Below, piece by piece: positions 29,201-43,016 of a stretch of DNA of 64,000 nt. The notes under the pieces were generated by a model, which was not told where the DNA came from, made no database searches, and was given only the letters and a program-made list of their open reading frames with translations. Source of the DNA: Antedon mediterranea (taxonomy: Eukaryota; Animalia; Echinodermata); NCBI RefSeq assembly GCF_964355755.1, contig NC_092677.1, positions 23,919,175 to 23,983,174 on the forward strand, given 5' to 3'. The stretch's first letter is position 1; every line of letters begins with the position of its first letter. The position numbers and the translations under genes are program-made.

Positions 29201-32200
29201 TGAAGTCGTTCGGCGTTTTCTTAAGTTTATGTATTAAGATATGTATTGTTCAAAGGCAAAAAACTAGAATGAAGATTTAGGCAGGTTCAGATCGTGACAA
29301 AGGATATTGAATGATAATCGTATCTGAACGTAGGCTTTTTCTTTAAACAACGGTATATTTCAATATGAAGGTGTGTTACTGCAACTACACCTTTATGTAA
29401 ATTACAGGCCACTTGGTAATATAAGAAAAAGTTAAATGCCCCTGAAACTGTATATTTGCGAAAGAAAAAAAACCCCACCAAATGATCAAATAAAACCTTT
29501 AAAATGTATTATGTAGAAAGCTCATAGAAATGCTATTTAATATAACAACTGGCATGTCTATGTAGGAAAATGTATTCGAGGAAGCTTGTAATAAGAGGGA
29601 TGTTAGGTCCCGAAGGTGTCTCTTTAAATAGAGGTTCTACGGTATCATTAAAAATATACGGTAAATAAATACAATTTGTTTTTTTTATAACCAACTGCAA
29701 GATGTCGCTTCAATAACAATTCGTCGCTTCAAAACTAATCTGTATGAATATCTTGAAAGGAATATATCGCCAATTTTGTTTGGTTTTTTATACAGGGTAT
29801 GTTTGTTTATACACCCCTCACTAACAAGGTAATAAGTGTTACGCCGATATTTTAATTTCGTTCGCTGTATTTACTTAGCTTGGTTATGGGCATCGTTTGT
29901 GGGAGTTACAGAAAGAGTAGTAAATCATTCATTTTCAATAAATAATGATAAGAGAAAAGATTCTGAAGTTTTCAAGTAGGTCATAATTTAAAAGTTATGT
30001 CTTTATAAAAAATAATCAGATTTTTTTTTTAATGAGAATGTGCCAGAAATGTCATACCAGAATTCATTTAGGCCATATAAAATAAATGAAATCACATGAT
30101 TCCATGTTTATCATTGATAATACCATCAGTTGACTTCGAATCCATACCGATATTGCTCTTTTGTTGGATAAACGGTCAAATGTTTAGGCCTATATTTCAG
30201 CACATTATTACGTGGGGGAGGGGGGGGGGGGGTTCCAAACATTGGAGACGAGGGGTTAAATTCAGCAATACCAATGGCCCTCCAATCCATTAATTGTATT
30301 TAAAACATAATTATTATACAGTTTATCAGTATCTAGGGGCGATTTGATGACCTGGAAATAGTCATGGTTTATCAGTCGATAGGCGTCGTATCGTGATAAA
30401 GCATTATTCATGTAGGGAGTAAGCTTAGGCCTAATTAGGACTACAATAATGATTATCCATTCACAGGAAAGCAATCACGTCTAAAAGAATCGTTATATAG
30501 GGCGTACGTGAAAGATATCTCAGTAGGCCTAGCATTTATTTCTTGGAACCTCATGCTATCGACATCTTTGCAACAAGTTAGGGTCTACCTCATCTTGATT
30601 ATCTATTATAATGGAGTACGGTACGATCTGTTTGGCAGTACTGTATCAGGTGCTGATAGAAAGAATAATAAAAGTGCTGTACTTTCTTCGTAAACTTATT
30701 TTATTAAAGTGTTATTTTAAAAGAAACAAATTCGAGATACGAAACAGATCAACTGTCAGGAATATTCTTATGTAGGCTTAATTGACAATGTATTATGATT
30801 TATATCAAATCGGGTGTTATTAACATACAATAAAGGTAATATTAATAAATAATAATTAATAAACCCGGTTTCGAATTCTTACATTAATTTGAATGATTTA
30901 TGAATATTTTATAATATGAATTATTATTCCCAGACAATGCGGTAAAATGATTGACAACGTCAGTGTGCAATTTACATGCAGCTGTTAACGGGAGAGGTAC
31001 ATGAGCGGCATCATGTCTAGCGACAATAAACATTTTACAGTATCACGTCTTCTGACAGCAATCTTCGTCATATATGATACTATTAGTGAGAGATAATTTA
31101 CGTTTAGTTACTATTTAGGAGTTAGGTGCTGCTATATGGTATGGGATTGCAGCCGTCAACAGGTACGATACTGCTGAGTGTGTACCGTCGGTAGACGACT
31201 GAGATACCGAACGAGAATCTTCGCGTGGTAGGCCTATGGCTTAGCAGTTTACTTTGGAAAAGGATGGCATTCATCTAGATTTCACTCTTTTCTGTATACT
31301 AAAGGCCATGTTTTATATTCGGACATTCTAAAATAACGTTTAGGCATACTTCATTTAAACTAAGATCAAGAAATGTCTAGGGCCATTATTTTAAGACAAG
31401 CCTAATATTCTTTTTTGCAGGGTAGGCCTAATGTGATGAAGGAATGAACGAATGAAAAGTGTGAAAAATGTGTAAATAGCCAGCCGACTATGCCAGAGAA
31501 GTGTGTAATCTTAGGCTACTCTCTCTCCTCTCCAATCAAACTCGAAAACAATTAAACAAATATTATGGAGAGGACTAATTATGGACTGTAGGCATAATTT
31601 GAATCATTCTTATTTTGTTATACAGAAACGTTGATAAATACTAAAATTGTTAACACTGTTCGTTACGTATGATTAAAAAGGGGGCGCCGTTTACCTAACT
31701 GAAGAGCCAACAATATCGGCATGGATTCGAAATCAACTCTGATGGTACAAAGTCTTCTCGGATAATAACTATACACCATAAAGAAGACTCAATTAATCCT
31801 AATTAATTAATTTTGAGGCCCATTTTTAATACATTGAATATTTTTGGTTTAACATTGGCTATTTTAAGAGGATGATTATGTGTTCTTCTTGAACAGCCTG
31901 CATAACCTGTTTGATTAATATGAATTTTAAATTGAAATTGTTTATGGCATGCTGATCTATCCTATATATATATATATATATATATATTGTTTATCTATAT
32001 TTTATTGTTAACCATTTTTGATGTTGTATTGTTTTATGTTTCAAACCTGTTAGTGGCGGTATTTATCGCTGTTGGTTTTGACTGAATAAAATAAAAATTT
32101 AAAAAAAATAAATAAAAAACCTTTAAAACCAGGGAAGAGTGTAATTTCCCTCTTCCCTGCCTAATGCCAATTTTGGATCCTTCTCAATTTTCTGGTTTTT

Positions 32201-34074
32201 TAGACTTAGTAAAAAGTATCGTAGGTCGTATGACTCCAATATTGTAAGCCTGGACATACGAATAACAACAAAATATTAGTAGGTCTAGGTATACGTGTAT
32301 ACTGTGAATGTCTCTTAATATTACCTTCTGTGTGAATGGGTCTAGACCGGCAATAACGCCGGCTTGCTTACCGCAATATTGCCGAAGTTCTGTGTGAAAA
32401 GGCCTTTATACAAAAGTGTATGGAACTTTTAAACCTATAAAAATGACCTATTTTTAGTAGAAGCTCTTAACACGAATGCATTTCGTTATGCGACAGATAA
32501 GTGGTACTCTACCAACACTTTGCTTTCATTTTATCTGTTTAACTGTTGTTCGTGCACAAAACTTGTAAATTATTAAACGATTTAGATAATTATGAAGGTT
32601 AAGGATTTTAATAAAACATTTAGGTAGAATAATGTTCTTTCAAACATGTGTTTGGGTTTTAATATGATATTATAATTATTCTGATAGATGTATGATACAT
32701 AATATTATAAAATTAAATAAATATATCATTGCATGCTATCATTCTAAATATCTAACTTTCAAACTTTTGCATCCCTCTTTTTTCATTTCATCCTTTTTAT
32801 CTTGGTGAAAAGTGAGGATACTACATTTTCCTCCCCTGAGTTTATAGCCTCTCTACTCGAACACAAATAAGATCATAAATATAAGATAGTTTTACAAGAA
32901 AATTTTAATCATGTATTTTACCGCCATTTTTCATTTTGACATTTTAATTAACATCGTATCTAAAATTTTAATGAAAACAAATATGGTTAATACTGAATTC
33001 AAGCATCTTATTATGTAAATATACCTGTATTTTAACTACTTTAAACACTTAATTTTAATTGTCACAAATGTACTTATATGTATATAATATATTCACCAAT
33101 GAGAATTTAAATAAACGTGAGATGAACTCACACAAGACAACAACAAAATATTATTATAACAGGCAAAGAACACTTGTTATTATTATTATTATATACATAA
33201 TTATTATAATGATGTATACATACCGTCAAATGTTTATTTTGAAACATTAAACTAATACCAGACCTAAATAATCTAGGAAATCTAGGAAATACATATATTA
33301 GAAAAACCCTGATTCTGTAAGTATTGTCAATTCTGTATAATTTATACGTTTTCCACATTGTCTCTGAAGCTTCCTTGTCACTCTTCGATAGCTTCGTTGT
33401 TTTTTGGTTTTTGAGCTGCAAAGGTATCATTCGTTCATATTATTTGGTCAAAATCATTGTAAACATAATTATGTATACATCACAACAAGAACAATGGATT
33501 AAAAATGGCATAAAACTGCAATAAAACAATAAAATGCAAAAAAAGAGTGAGCAAAAATATCAATCAATACCGTCATAATAATTAACCTTCTTATGTAATT
33601 TTCAACTTTTGTTTGTGGCTATATAATAATAGTATTTAAAAAAACTCTTAATTTTTTTTTAAAAAAAGCAAATTTATGTATATTTATGCAAATGGTAGAC
33701 AAGAAAGCCTATTTTTGTAATAATGTCGTAAATTATTATTAAACCTACTTAACCCATATTAAAACCAAGTGAATGCAAGTAGAGCAGACAATTCTTGAAT
33801 AAAAGAAAATAATTTAGTCATTTTCAACAATTGTGAAGATTTCTCTTCTGTGTCATTCATTTCAAATATGTCATCAACACCCACACACTCTGAAATGTAT
33901 ATTAAATGTTTTATTTTTTGTGTGAGTGCAATAAACTTATGCAACCGATGATCCTCTATTCCTGAATATTAAGCCGATTTACTTAATTGGTAATTACGTA
34001 CTACGTATCCCATATACACAAACACAATAATAAGTAATTTCACATTTTACATAAATAATAATTATATAGGTCTA

Positions 34075-34445
34075 AAGCTCTGTCTACACTATCAAACTTT
34101 ATGTGTCAAAAAACGAGATGTCCCCATATATGGTCATGCTGATGTCATATCACTACCATATTTGGGCACATCACTTTTTTTTAGTCAAACTAGTTTAAAA
34201 ATGTTGGTAATTAGGCCTACTGTTACTTACTTTTATTTGATCGCATATTTTTGATACAGAAAAAGGTTAATTGTATTCTCTGTCTACACCATCAAATTTT
34301 ATGTGTCAGAAAAATGTGATGTGCCCATATATGGTCATGATGATGTCATATCACTACCATATTTCGGCATATCACTACCATATTTGGGCACATCACTTTT
34401 TTTTGTCAAACTTGTATTTGATCGTACATTTTTGATACAGAAAAG
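34075..34445. mobile_element. Two tandem partial MITE family A copies (local duplication including flank)
   Basis: ctctgtctacac..tcaaact occurs twice, each followed by tatttgatcg.a.atttttgatacagaaaa.gg. Confidence 0.75.
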
Positions 34446-35532
34446 GTTTATTATAATTATATAATTTCATTTATTAATGTTAACTAATGAACTTAGATTT
34501 ATGCTTTTGGCGAATGCACGCCAGGTGGGGGTACCAGTGTTTTGATCAATCTAAAGTGGCACAAACCTACATATAGCAACTTCTTTTATTATTGAATATA
34601 TGGTACATTATACTTCATTATGTTAGAACTAGGTCGAGAGTGACCTAGTTACAACCACCTAACATGCCCCACAAATTAATAGAAGTTAATATTAACTTCG
34701 GCACATTGCTAAGAAATATATTATTACAAAAAAGTACAAGAGACAATATTACGGTTTTTTTTATTGTACGTAGACATCAATCAATAATATTTTAACTTTA
34801 TTTTAGTAATACTGGTGATTGTATTTCTAGTGGTAATATAAATAAATTATTTTGTGTTTTTGGGTTTCCCACTTGTATTTCATTATCTTTAAAATGTTTT
34901 CATTCATTATGAATTTTACAATTATACATTACCTAATCTAATTCATCATAATTACATTGTTTGCTATGCTAATATACATAGTAAAAATGCAACCGCGGCC
35001 TCAAAGAGAAATGATTTGTCATCCGCCACCCTGAATTATCGACATTAAACAAACGTAACAAACTTGTGTCCGCCTGCCGGCACAGAAAGAAAGCATTGTT
35101 ACATAACAGCTGACATTCCAAAACACATCACCTGTAAATGCTAATTCTACAAGTAAATAAGCAACGTTGTAATTGATTGTTGTCATCATAGTCTCTGACT
35201 CACGAAACAAGCCTGTAGAGACCAACTGTAGTTTTTACTTCTTTTCCAGACTTATACATTATATACATTATACATTATATTAACAAGCATTCAATAAAAT
35301 TTTAATTGAATACTTGTTCGTTTTGTTTGCTGCAATTAAATGTATTAACAGTGAAAAATATTAGTTTGCATAAATTACTATTATCTTACAATTATGTTTA
35401 AAAAAAACCAAATCGACTAATTATAAGGCAGATTTGAATGAAAAATATATCTAATAATATTTTATGTTGAATCTAGTTCTTTTTAACAAAGCAATATTTT
35501 GTTTTTTTATAAAATATAGAATAAACATGGAT

Positions 35533-35574
35533 CAGGTAACTTGACAGGTAACTTGACAGGTAACTTGACAGGTA
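35533..35574. repeat. 12-bp tandem repeat, 3.5 units
   Basis: Unit caggtaacttga. Confidence 0.9.
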
Positions 35575-37127
35575 TAGTATTAATGAATAGGATATAAGAA
35601 TACTAAGAATAATCAAGTTTACAGGTCTAGTCCCTGGACCGATGCTTGTTATTGTAATATTTAGAATGTTGAAAGATAGTTGGCGCTATTAACAAAATTT
35701 AGGCAGTACGTTAAGTAAGTGAGGAAGTGGATATAGGCGCCTGTGTATACAGCTACATGTTGGTTGGTCGGTCGGTCGGTCGGTAAACACTAATTTGAGC
35801 ACGCGACTGCAGCCATGTCTTCAAGAAAATCGCCCCAAAATGCTGACATGCCAATATATGTTTGGACAGACAGTAGGCCTAAATGGTGTAAGGCCTAAAC
35901 ATTTTAAGTGCTTAACTTAACCCAATGTTCACGTTAGGTCCCTATATAAATAAACATTATGTAAATGAAAAGAATCTAACTGACCGATTGAATAATGTAT
36001 TTTCATTATTATTTTAAATATCTTAAATACAGTTCTGTGGGTCCTGTTCTGCTACGAAGAAAACAATAACCGATTATTAACCGTGTTAATAAATTACCGC
36101 CACTTTCTTTGCAACACAAACGATGCATTTTAGATTGTTCGTTTCTGCTTAGAAACGCTGTGAGTTTTCTTCGAAAGAAGATTTTCTATACAAAGTTCGT
36201 TGAATTATGTTGTCAACCAATTTCCATTGAAGTTATCAATAAAGTATAGTTAACCGGAAAAAATATTCGAAGACCGCTATTTTGTAAGATTATTTATCAT
36301 CCTGCATAAATACACCAACGCCCCCACTCCCACCCGCCCCAATTTATTATCTATCGATTTATTGGTTATCAATCCTCAATCTTTTGCCTATTTTTTACAT
36401 TATACTTTGTGAGTGTAAAAAGTTTCACATTACTGTAATTAATTATACATCCAAATACAAACTACTGGGGAAAAAATGACAATCCTCTGATCTCAAAGAT
36501 AAAGTGACAAATAGGATATTAATTAGATATCTTGATTAAAGTTATCTTCCCTTCTGTGGCATGATTGATTTGGTTTTTACATTTTAACCGTGAAATATTG
36601 TTAGAATAAGCAAAAAGCTAACAATTATACCAATTTCCAATGTAGCCCCCTCTATAGAAAGCATGGATAATTATTATTCAAATAAGAAAGTTTACCCATA
36701 GAGGGCGTTACTTTTTTAAGATACAATTTTACCCATGTCAGAAAGTCGTCGTATTATTATTAAAGAATGTTGCAAAGTATCATTTTTTTAAATTAAAAAA
36801 TGTATTCTTTTATCCGATTATTTCCCATCCAAAACGATTATTTATAAATAATAATGTATAATTTTTGTATTCTTTTATAATTATATTGTCCTTCACTTTA
36901 GGCCTACCGATTAATAAAAAGAGCTTTGAAGTAACAAAAGGTAAAAAAAACATTGTTTTTTTTTTAAATTTTTTTATTAGACTTTTTTATGTATTTTTAT
37001 TAACGAATGTGTGTATTATCTATTTACCTAGTTTGTTTTGTGTAAAGTTCAATGAAATTAAACTAGTTTGTGTATGTAAAATATAACAGGTTCTTAATCA
37101 CTTTATTAGGCTACATGGAATATTATA

Positions 37128-37287
37128 CAAATAATGAATGTTTATGAGTGCAATGGTACAAATAATGGCACGAGGTGAATGATGAAAGGTTATATCAACG
37201 AGGCAAAGCCGAGTTGATATAACCTTTCATCATTCACCAAGTGCCATTATTTGTACCATTACACGAATACAAAACATTCATTATTTG
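37128..37287. repeat. Long palindrome (foldback element), arms about 75 bp
   Basis: caaataatgaatgttt..ggtgaatgatgaaaggttatatcaac gaggcaaagccga gttgatataacctttcatcattcacc..aaacattcattatttg. Confidence 0.9.
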
Positions 37288-37680
37288 TTTTATATAACAT
37301 CTAAATAACAAACAAAAATGTTTCAAAAAGTACTATTTAACGATCGTTGAATAGTGCGTACTATTGCACGCCATGTGACCCACATTCGTCCAATCAAATG
37401 ACAGGAATTTATATAGGTGTTATATAAAAACAAATAATAGCACATTAGAGTGGCGTATTTCTGAATAATGTATGAAATTTAGAAAATAGAGCCGTTTTGT
37501 GGAAAAGGGGAAAGTCATAACGTGTTCAATGGCGCCATGTAAATGCATGCACTGTACTCATTTCGGACGATTCCATATAAAACGTCCGTGTGTGATCGAA
37601 AGAGGTAATCCAGCCCGGATTCTCCAGTCAAATGCCGGGGCGCTAGCCGTATTAGAACTGTAGCTTTAGGATTATCCATT

Positions 37681-37782
37681 TTTAGTCACGTGCAACGCGA
37701 CTCTACAGCTCACTATGTCGGTCGGTTGGTCGGTAAACACTAACTTGAGCACGCGACTGCAGCCATGTATATGGCCTTGTTT
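37681..37782 (+). mobile_element. Helentron-associated (HINE/DINE-1-like) short element
   Basis: T-rich start, subterminal inverted repeat gtc.cgtgc / gcacgcgac, (GGTC)n microsatellite, and a 3' stem-loop gccatgtatatggc followed by cttgttt. Other copies at about 35745-35820, 41561-41650 and 43017-43123. Confidence 0.65.
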
Positions 37783-38188
37783 CTAATACGCACCCGCATT
37801 GAGGATTCTGCAGCAGTTTAATGTAATCTGAATTGGCCTACGTCGGTCCCACTCACCCAAGAGATACATAAGCGTAACATCTTAATCAATTAATGACCAT
37901 ATTTTACCTTTTTTTAATAACAGAGCTAGTGAAGAAATTAAAAGATGATAAGTTATATAAAATTGTTAAACCAACAATGAGATTATACATTTGCTATCTA
38001 CAAAGTGTAAGCCTCTATCGTATAAAATCAAATAACATGCAATCTTATTTACATTGCAAGAATCTTCCTTGTTGTTAATCCGTTTGCCAACATCTCATGA
38101 GTGTGCGTCTGTACTCAAATAACATGCAATGCGCAGGTAATTCTAATTCAAATAAGGTGGAGCTAAAGTATTTACTAAAGAAAACTTC

Positions 38189-38302
38189 TCCAATCATTGG
38201 ACTTATACCTCTATAATGAAGATATCAAGCTAAAGATATGAGATGAATATTCAGATGGGCCTAGAAGATATATAAATAGATGCATAGCGTTTACCTCACA
38301 GT
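38189..38302 (+). promoter_or_regulatory. Putative FoxQ1 core promoter (CCAAT, TATA, Inr-like)
   Basis: CCAATCATTGG near 38190, TATATAAA at 38269-38276, and a pyrimidine-A Inr-like ctcacagt about 27 bp downstream, roughly 130 bp before the ATG. A forkhead-like TGTTTATT lies at 38321. Confidence 0.6.
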
Positions 38303-38428
38303 AGATTCAGGAACACTAAATGTTTATTAGAATCGGTGTTACATAATAAACTCCTTTAAGATAAAACAGTTGAAGAAAACTGCATCATCCTTATTCTTGA
38401 AGTTTTGGAATAAAAGTTTGCTGAAACT

Positions 38429-39496
38429 ATGGAGAGCTTAATTAGCATTGAGCCTATTGACCTCTCGAAATCGTCGTTACAGAAACTAGCAGAGAATAAT
38501 TGTTTGGAAAAATACTCTGTAAAAAACATTAAAAAAGATCAAACTGATATTTCACTTCTAAATGAGTTAGTTACATCAGAAGGAAACCAGGAGCAAATGA
38601 TAAAGTTAACTTCAAAGACGGCATACCATCGTCATCCTAAACCTCCATATTCGTACATTGCGTTGATAGCAATGGCCATCAAGGATTCAAGAAGTGGAAA
38701 ATTAACTTTAGCCGAAATCAACGAATACCTTATGAATCGGTTTCCATTCTTCAGAGGTTCTTATACGGGTTGGAGGAACTCTGTTCGGCATAATTTGTCA
38801 TTGAACGAATGTTTTGTCAAGATTCTTCGTGATCCTACTAGACCTTGGGGTAAGGACAACTATTGGGCAATTAACGAAAAGAGTGAGTATACCTTCGCTG
38901 ACGGTGTATTTCGGCGGCGACGAAAGAAGATAAAAAGTAGGCCTAAACACAACTCTTCATTAAGTAGCAGTAATCCACAATTGGCTGAAATTTCACGCCG
39001 AAAAAAGTTTTCAAGTGCGTTCAGTATTGATCAGATTCTTGGTACAGAACTATCGCAAAGTTACCGACCAGAAAGTATCAAATCTGTTCAAAGCAGTTCG
39101 AGTAATTTTACAATGTTAACACAAACTTCTAGTCCCGTGTTGTGTCCTCGGTCCGTCAGACCCGTCCCGATATACGCAGTTAAACAACCAGATAAAGAAG
39201 AACCGATGTGTTTACAATGGTCACCTTTCCAATCGTCAGGTAACGTATTACCAGCTTTTAATCCCCACCTCAGCACACTAATGAGGTATCCTAACCATCT
39301 GAACCAAGAGTCCCAGATACATAACGTGTTGCAAGCATGTCGACCAAGTGGGCCTGTTCTGCCAAGTTACTGCATTCCACCGTTTATTCAAAACTCTACA
39401 AGTTTAGTCGATATTCAGGCTATGCAGAGATTTATGCTTCACGCACGACAATCAATGATGTTTGGACCTTTGACGCAATATTTCAAAGATGATTAG
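38429..39496 (+). CDS. FoxQ1: Forkhead box transcription factor FoxQ1, intronless, 355 aa
   Basis: Forkhead domain [82 protein letters not shown]. The [16 protein letters not shown] and RPWGKDNYW segments are diagnostic of FoxQ1. The eh1 motif FSIDQIL lies at 39020-39040, and the ORF is single and uninterrupted. Confidence 0.96.
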   Translation: MESLISIEPIDLSKSSLQKLAENNCLEKYSVKNIKKDQTDISLLNELVTSEGNQEQMIKLTSKTAYHRHPKPPYSYIALIAMAIKDSRSGKLTLAEINEYLMNRFPFFRGSYTGWRNSVRHNLSLNECFVKILRDPTRPWGKDNYWAINEKSEYTFADGVFRRRRKKIKSRPKHNSSLSSSNPQLAEISRRKKFSSAFSIDQILGTELSQSYRPESIKSVQSSSSNFTMLTQTSSPVLCPRSVRPVPIYAVKQPDKEEPMCLQWSPFQSSGNVLPAFNPHLSTLMRYPNHLNQESQIHNVLQACRPSGPVLPSYCIPPFIQNSTSLVDIQAMQRFMLHARQSMMFGPLTQYFKDD

Positions 39497-39684
39497 ACAT
39501 CTTTTATATTGATGATCTAGCCGAAAGTGTACACAATGCAGTAAAACCATCTGCAAATAGTTTAACTTTAATTTGAGCATTTGCAAGTCACAGTACCATT
39601 GTGTTTTGAACTAAAATTTTACACTTGCATATTAGTAATTATTATGTATTCTTCAGTCAGTCAGTTCCATCAGCTAATTGTTTA

Positions 39685-39690
39685 AATAAA
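39685..39690 (+). terminator. Candidate FoxQ1 polyadenylation signal
   Basis: AATAAA about 190 nt after the stop codon. Confidence 0.4.
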
Positions 39691-42600
39691 CTTAAGATGT
39701 TTGAAGATATTAAATCAACCTTAGTTTGAGTTATGATATATAGTTATACATTAAATATTACTTTTAGTGTCTTAAGTCTCTACTACAGCAAACTTTAATT
39801 TTCAAACTCGAGTTTGGCACTTTACCAGAGTAGACCAGTTGTTGACAAACTTCGGCAAAACTAGTTTTCAGAAGTTAAGCCATTTGTCTAGTATGCTGAA
39901 GTTTTATCAGCGAATCAAATAATAGTTTTATAATCATATGACCCTGCATATGAACAACACAATGCTTCCAGTAACTAGTGTTAGAGACATGCAACCCAAA
40001 TTATAACCAGTGGCAAATTCAGGTTTTGCAAACTTAAGTTTTATTATAATATCTGCTAGCTTTAGTGAAGTCATTGATAAGGTCTATTACCAAGACAACT
40101 CGAAAGCAAAAAATAGTCAAACTGGCTGCCAGCCAATTGGATTTTGGTTGAATTTTACCATTTATTTTTTCATGTTATATTATGACAAAACATTTTTTTC
40201 CCCGGTTTTTTTTTAACGGAAGGGATTAACTTTATTAAAACTACAAAATAACCTATTCAAAGTCTGATTTAATTAATCTTCATTTTGTATTGGAAGACAA
40301 TACATCTTTAATAGATGCCCTATGTTTAGATTGTGACGTAGTTCTTTAATGTTCACATTATGAATCAGCAGGTGCTTTTTTGTCCATTATTGCAAACACA
40401 GGAGTGATGGATGATGGTAGAAGCATTTACTAAGCCAAAGTTTAAATAGTCCGATCACTATATAAACTTAAAAAGCTATTACATAGCTCCCGTCTGAATG
40501 TCAAACAAAACTTTCTTAGCTGTTACGGTAGTGTTTGTAGTGTTTAATTCGGTTGTTATACGTATTGTTGTTGTGTATTCAGGATGTTGTGTATTGGAAA
40601 CTTTGTCAATTCACGATCGTTGGTGTATAAAGGAAGGTTTACTTAAGACACTCCATCGCCTATAAGAAGCCCAAAAGGTTCTGTATTTCATTGTTAATAG
40701 AGTACTGTAATAGTTATTATGATTGATTGTTAGACCTAGTTTATTGAAGAGGGTGTTTCAAATAAAGGTTCTTAGATTATGTTGCGTTTGTCGGTGGCAA
40801 ATAGACTAAGTAAATATTTACAGAAACATAACTAGCACCATGGACGAAAGAGTGAAATCAATTGTAATTTCACTTTTCCCTGCTAGCACAAAACATGTCG
40901 TATTCAAAAGTCCTGAATAAAACTATAATAAAAAATTCTGAAGAAAATTATGTTTATATTATGTTTAATTCTCTAAATGTCTATAGTTGATGTAACCTGT
41001 AAAATAGTGGTAGTATTTTGACTTTAACATACCTTTAGAAGTGGTAAGAAAATTAGAAGCAATAGGCAGGCCTACAGTAATATAATATTGTATTGTAATA
41101 TTGTATATATAACAGAAATAATATGTCAATGTGAATTATAAATAAAATAATCAGCGACATACTGCAATATCGCCGAAATGTTGAACTTTTGACACTTCTA
41201 TTCAAGTATGTTAATTCCTTTTGAAATGGGCCTACAGCTCGTTTGCCTTTATTTGTTTGTCCAAACAGTAATCTTTTTCAATTTGTTGAATTTGTTTTGT
41301 TGAGTTGTTAATATTGTTATTAAAAATAAAACGTGTTTCTACAATCTTACATCTTTGTTTTTATTTCAGTGATACAAAATACATTTTGTTTAACTGCATA
41401 TTTGTATTGTGACTTTAATGATAATGTCCTCTGTAAAATGAAAATATGTCTACACATTTTTCCATGTTATTGTCAAAAAAACCCTAAAACTTACTTACAA
41501 TTAACTCTCAGACAACGGTTTTGAAGTTAAATTTTATTTTATATAAATCTTTAATTTATCGGACTCTAGCTCACTATGTCGGTCGGTTGGTCGGTCGGTC
41601 GGTTGGTAAACACTAACACACAGCCCTCCTATACCGTATGGCCTTGTTTTTCTTCGAAGTGAATAACTTTCTTAAAACTACAAACGTCATATTCAAAGTT
41701 TGATCTTATTCATGTAATGGAGAACAATACATCTTTCGACGAAAGGCAGAACACAGAAAATAAAAAAAATAACTATTGATATAAAGAAATATCCGACATG
41801 TTGGTCTTTTTTTTCACAGCTAAAAGTTAATAATTACTGTAGTTTATTTTAGGATGTTTCAAAGGTAAACATTTCTACTAAAACCATTGTAAACCTTCGT
41901 CTTTTTCTCTTTTATAATACAAATCAATCCGCAACATCAAAACACATTCTCGTGTATAATTATCGTTCTCCAGATTAAAGATTAACTTGTCACCATGAAG
42001 AAAACATTTATAAATATTTTTGTTGAATATGGCAGTTTAATGTCACATTATACTTATTCACTTTTACAAAAATTGGATCGAAAAACTACCTGAAAAAATG
42101 TAAATTTAAAGCAAAAAAATGTCAAATTGACTAGAAGTCAATACATTTTTGATTGACTTTAACTGGTTTTTTTTTGTATTTTAAAATTAAGTAAGTCATT
42201 ATAAGTGAAAACATTATATTCTTACAGAAGTGATTAACTTTAAATGGCCTATTTAAAGTCCTGTTTTATTAATCTTCATTTTTTGTGGTTTTTGAGGGAC
42301 ATCTTTCACTTAGTCGTTTGAAATAATCATTTTTATATTATTATTAGACAAATTATTGGTATTAGGCTAATTATTGGTATTAGGCTATAATATGTTTTTA
42401 CATTCATTATTGGATTATTGGATTAATCGTTGTAATAAATATCAAACACAATTGTTTGATAATCAAATTGCAAAGTGTTTGACTATTAATGTTTAAGTGG
42501 ATATTAATTACTAATAAGAAAAATACCAATTGAACTTACGGATCTTGTTTTGAACTGAGACATCCTAGATAGCAAATATAGACATTGTAAGATTCACCGT

Positions 42601-43016
42601 TAGTCAAATATCCGCTGCAGTTACAGACTTATCTTCGTTTACACACTGATCAAATACGTTGGCGAAAGCAGCATCGCTCGAATGTTTAAAGTTTGTTGGA
42701 CGTGACTTTGATGAAAATGTACAGGCTTAAGGTAAATAAGTTTTCAATATAATTTGATTGCTTTAAAAAGGAAATAATTGATCATAGACTAACTTATTAT
42801 TCTTATTATAAAAAAGCAATGTAAAAAACAGTTTATGTTAGAAAATCATAAAGTTGGCAGCAAACATGTTTTATGATTTACTATAATATTAAAATTAGAA
42901 AATTAGAAAATTATAAATTAATATTATAGTGGCAAGGTGTAGTTAATCATTCAGCGATCAGCATTTTCATGAAGATATGATGATCTTAAACCATTTGAAT
43001 GTAATTTTCGTTGCAT

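Noticed and set aside
648-38078. Many 60-120 aa ORFs in the upstream region
   Set aside because: Their composition mirrors AT-rich background or repeats, with no recognisable domains or consistent exon chains, apart from the LINE remnant at 18130.
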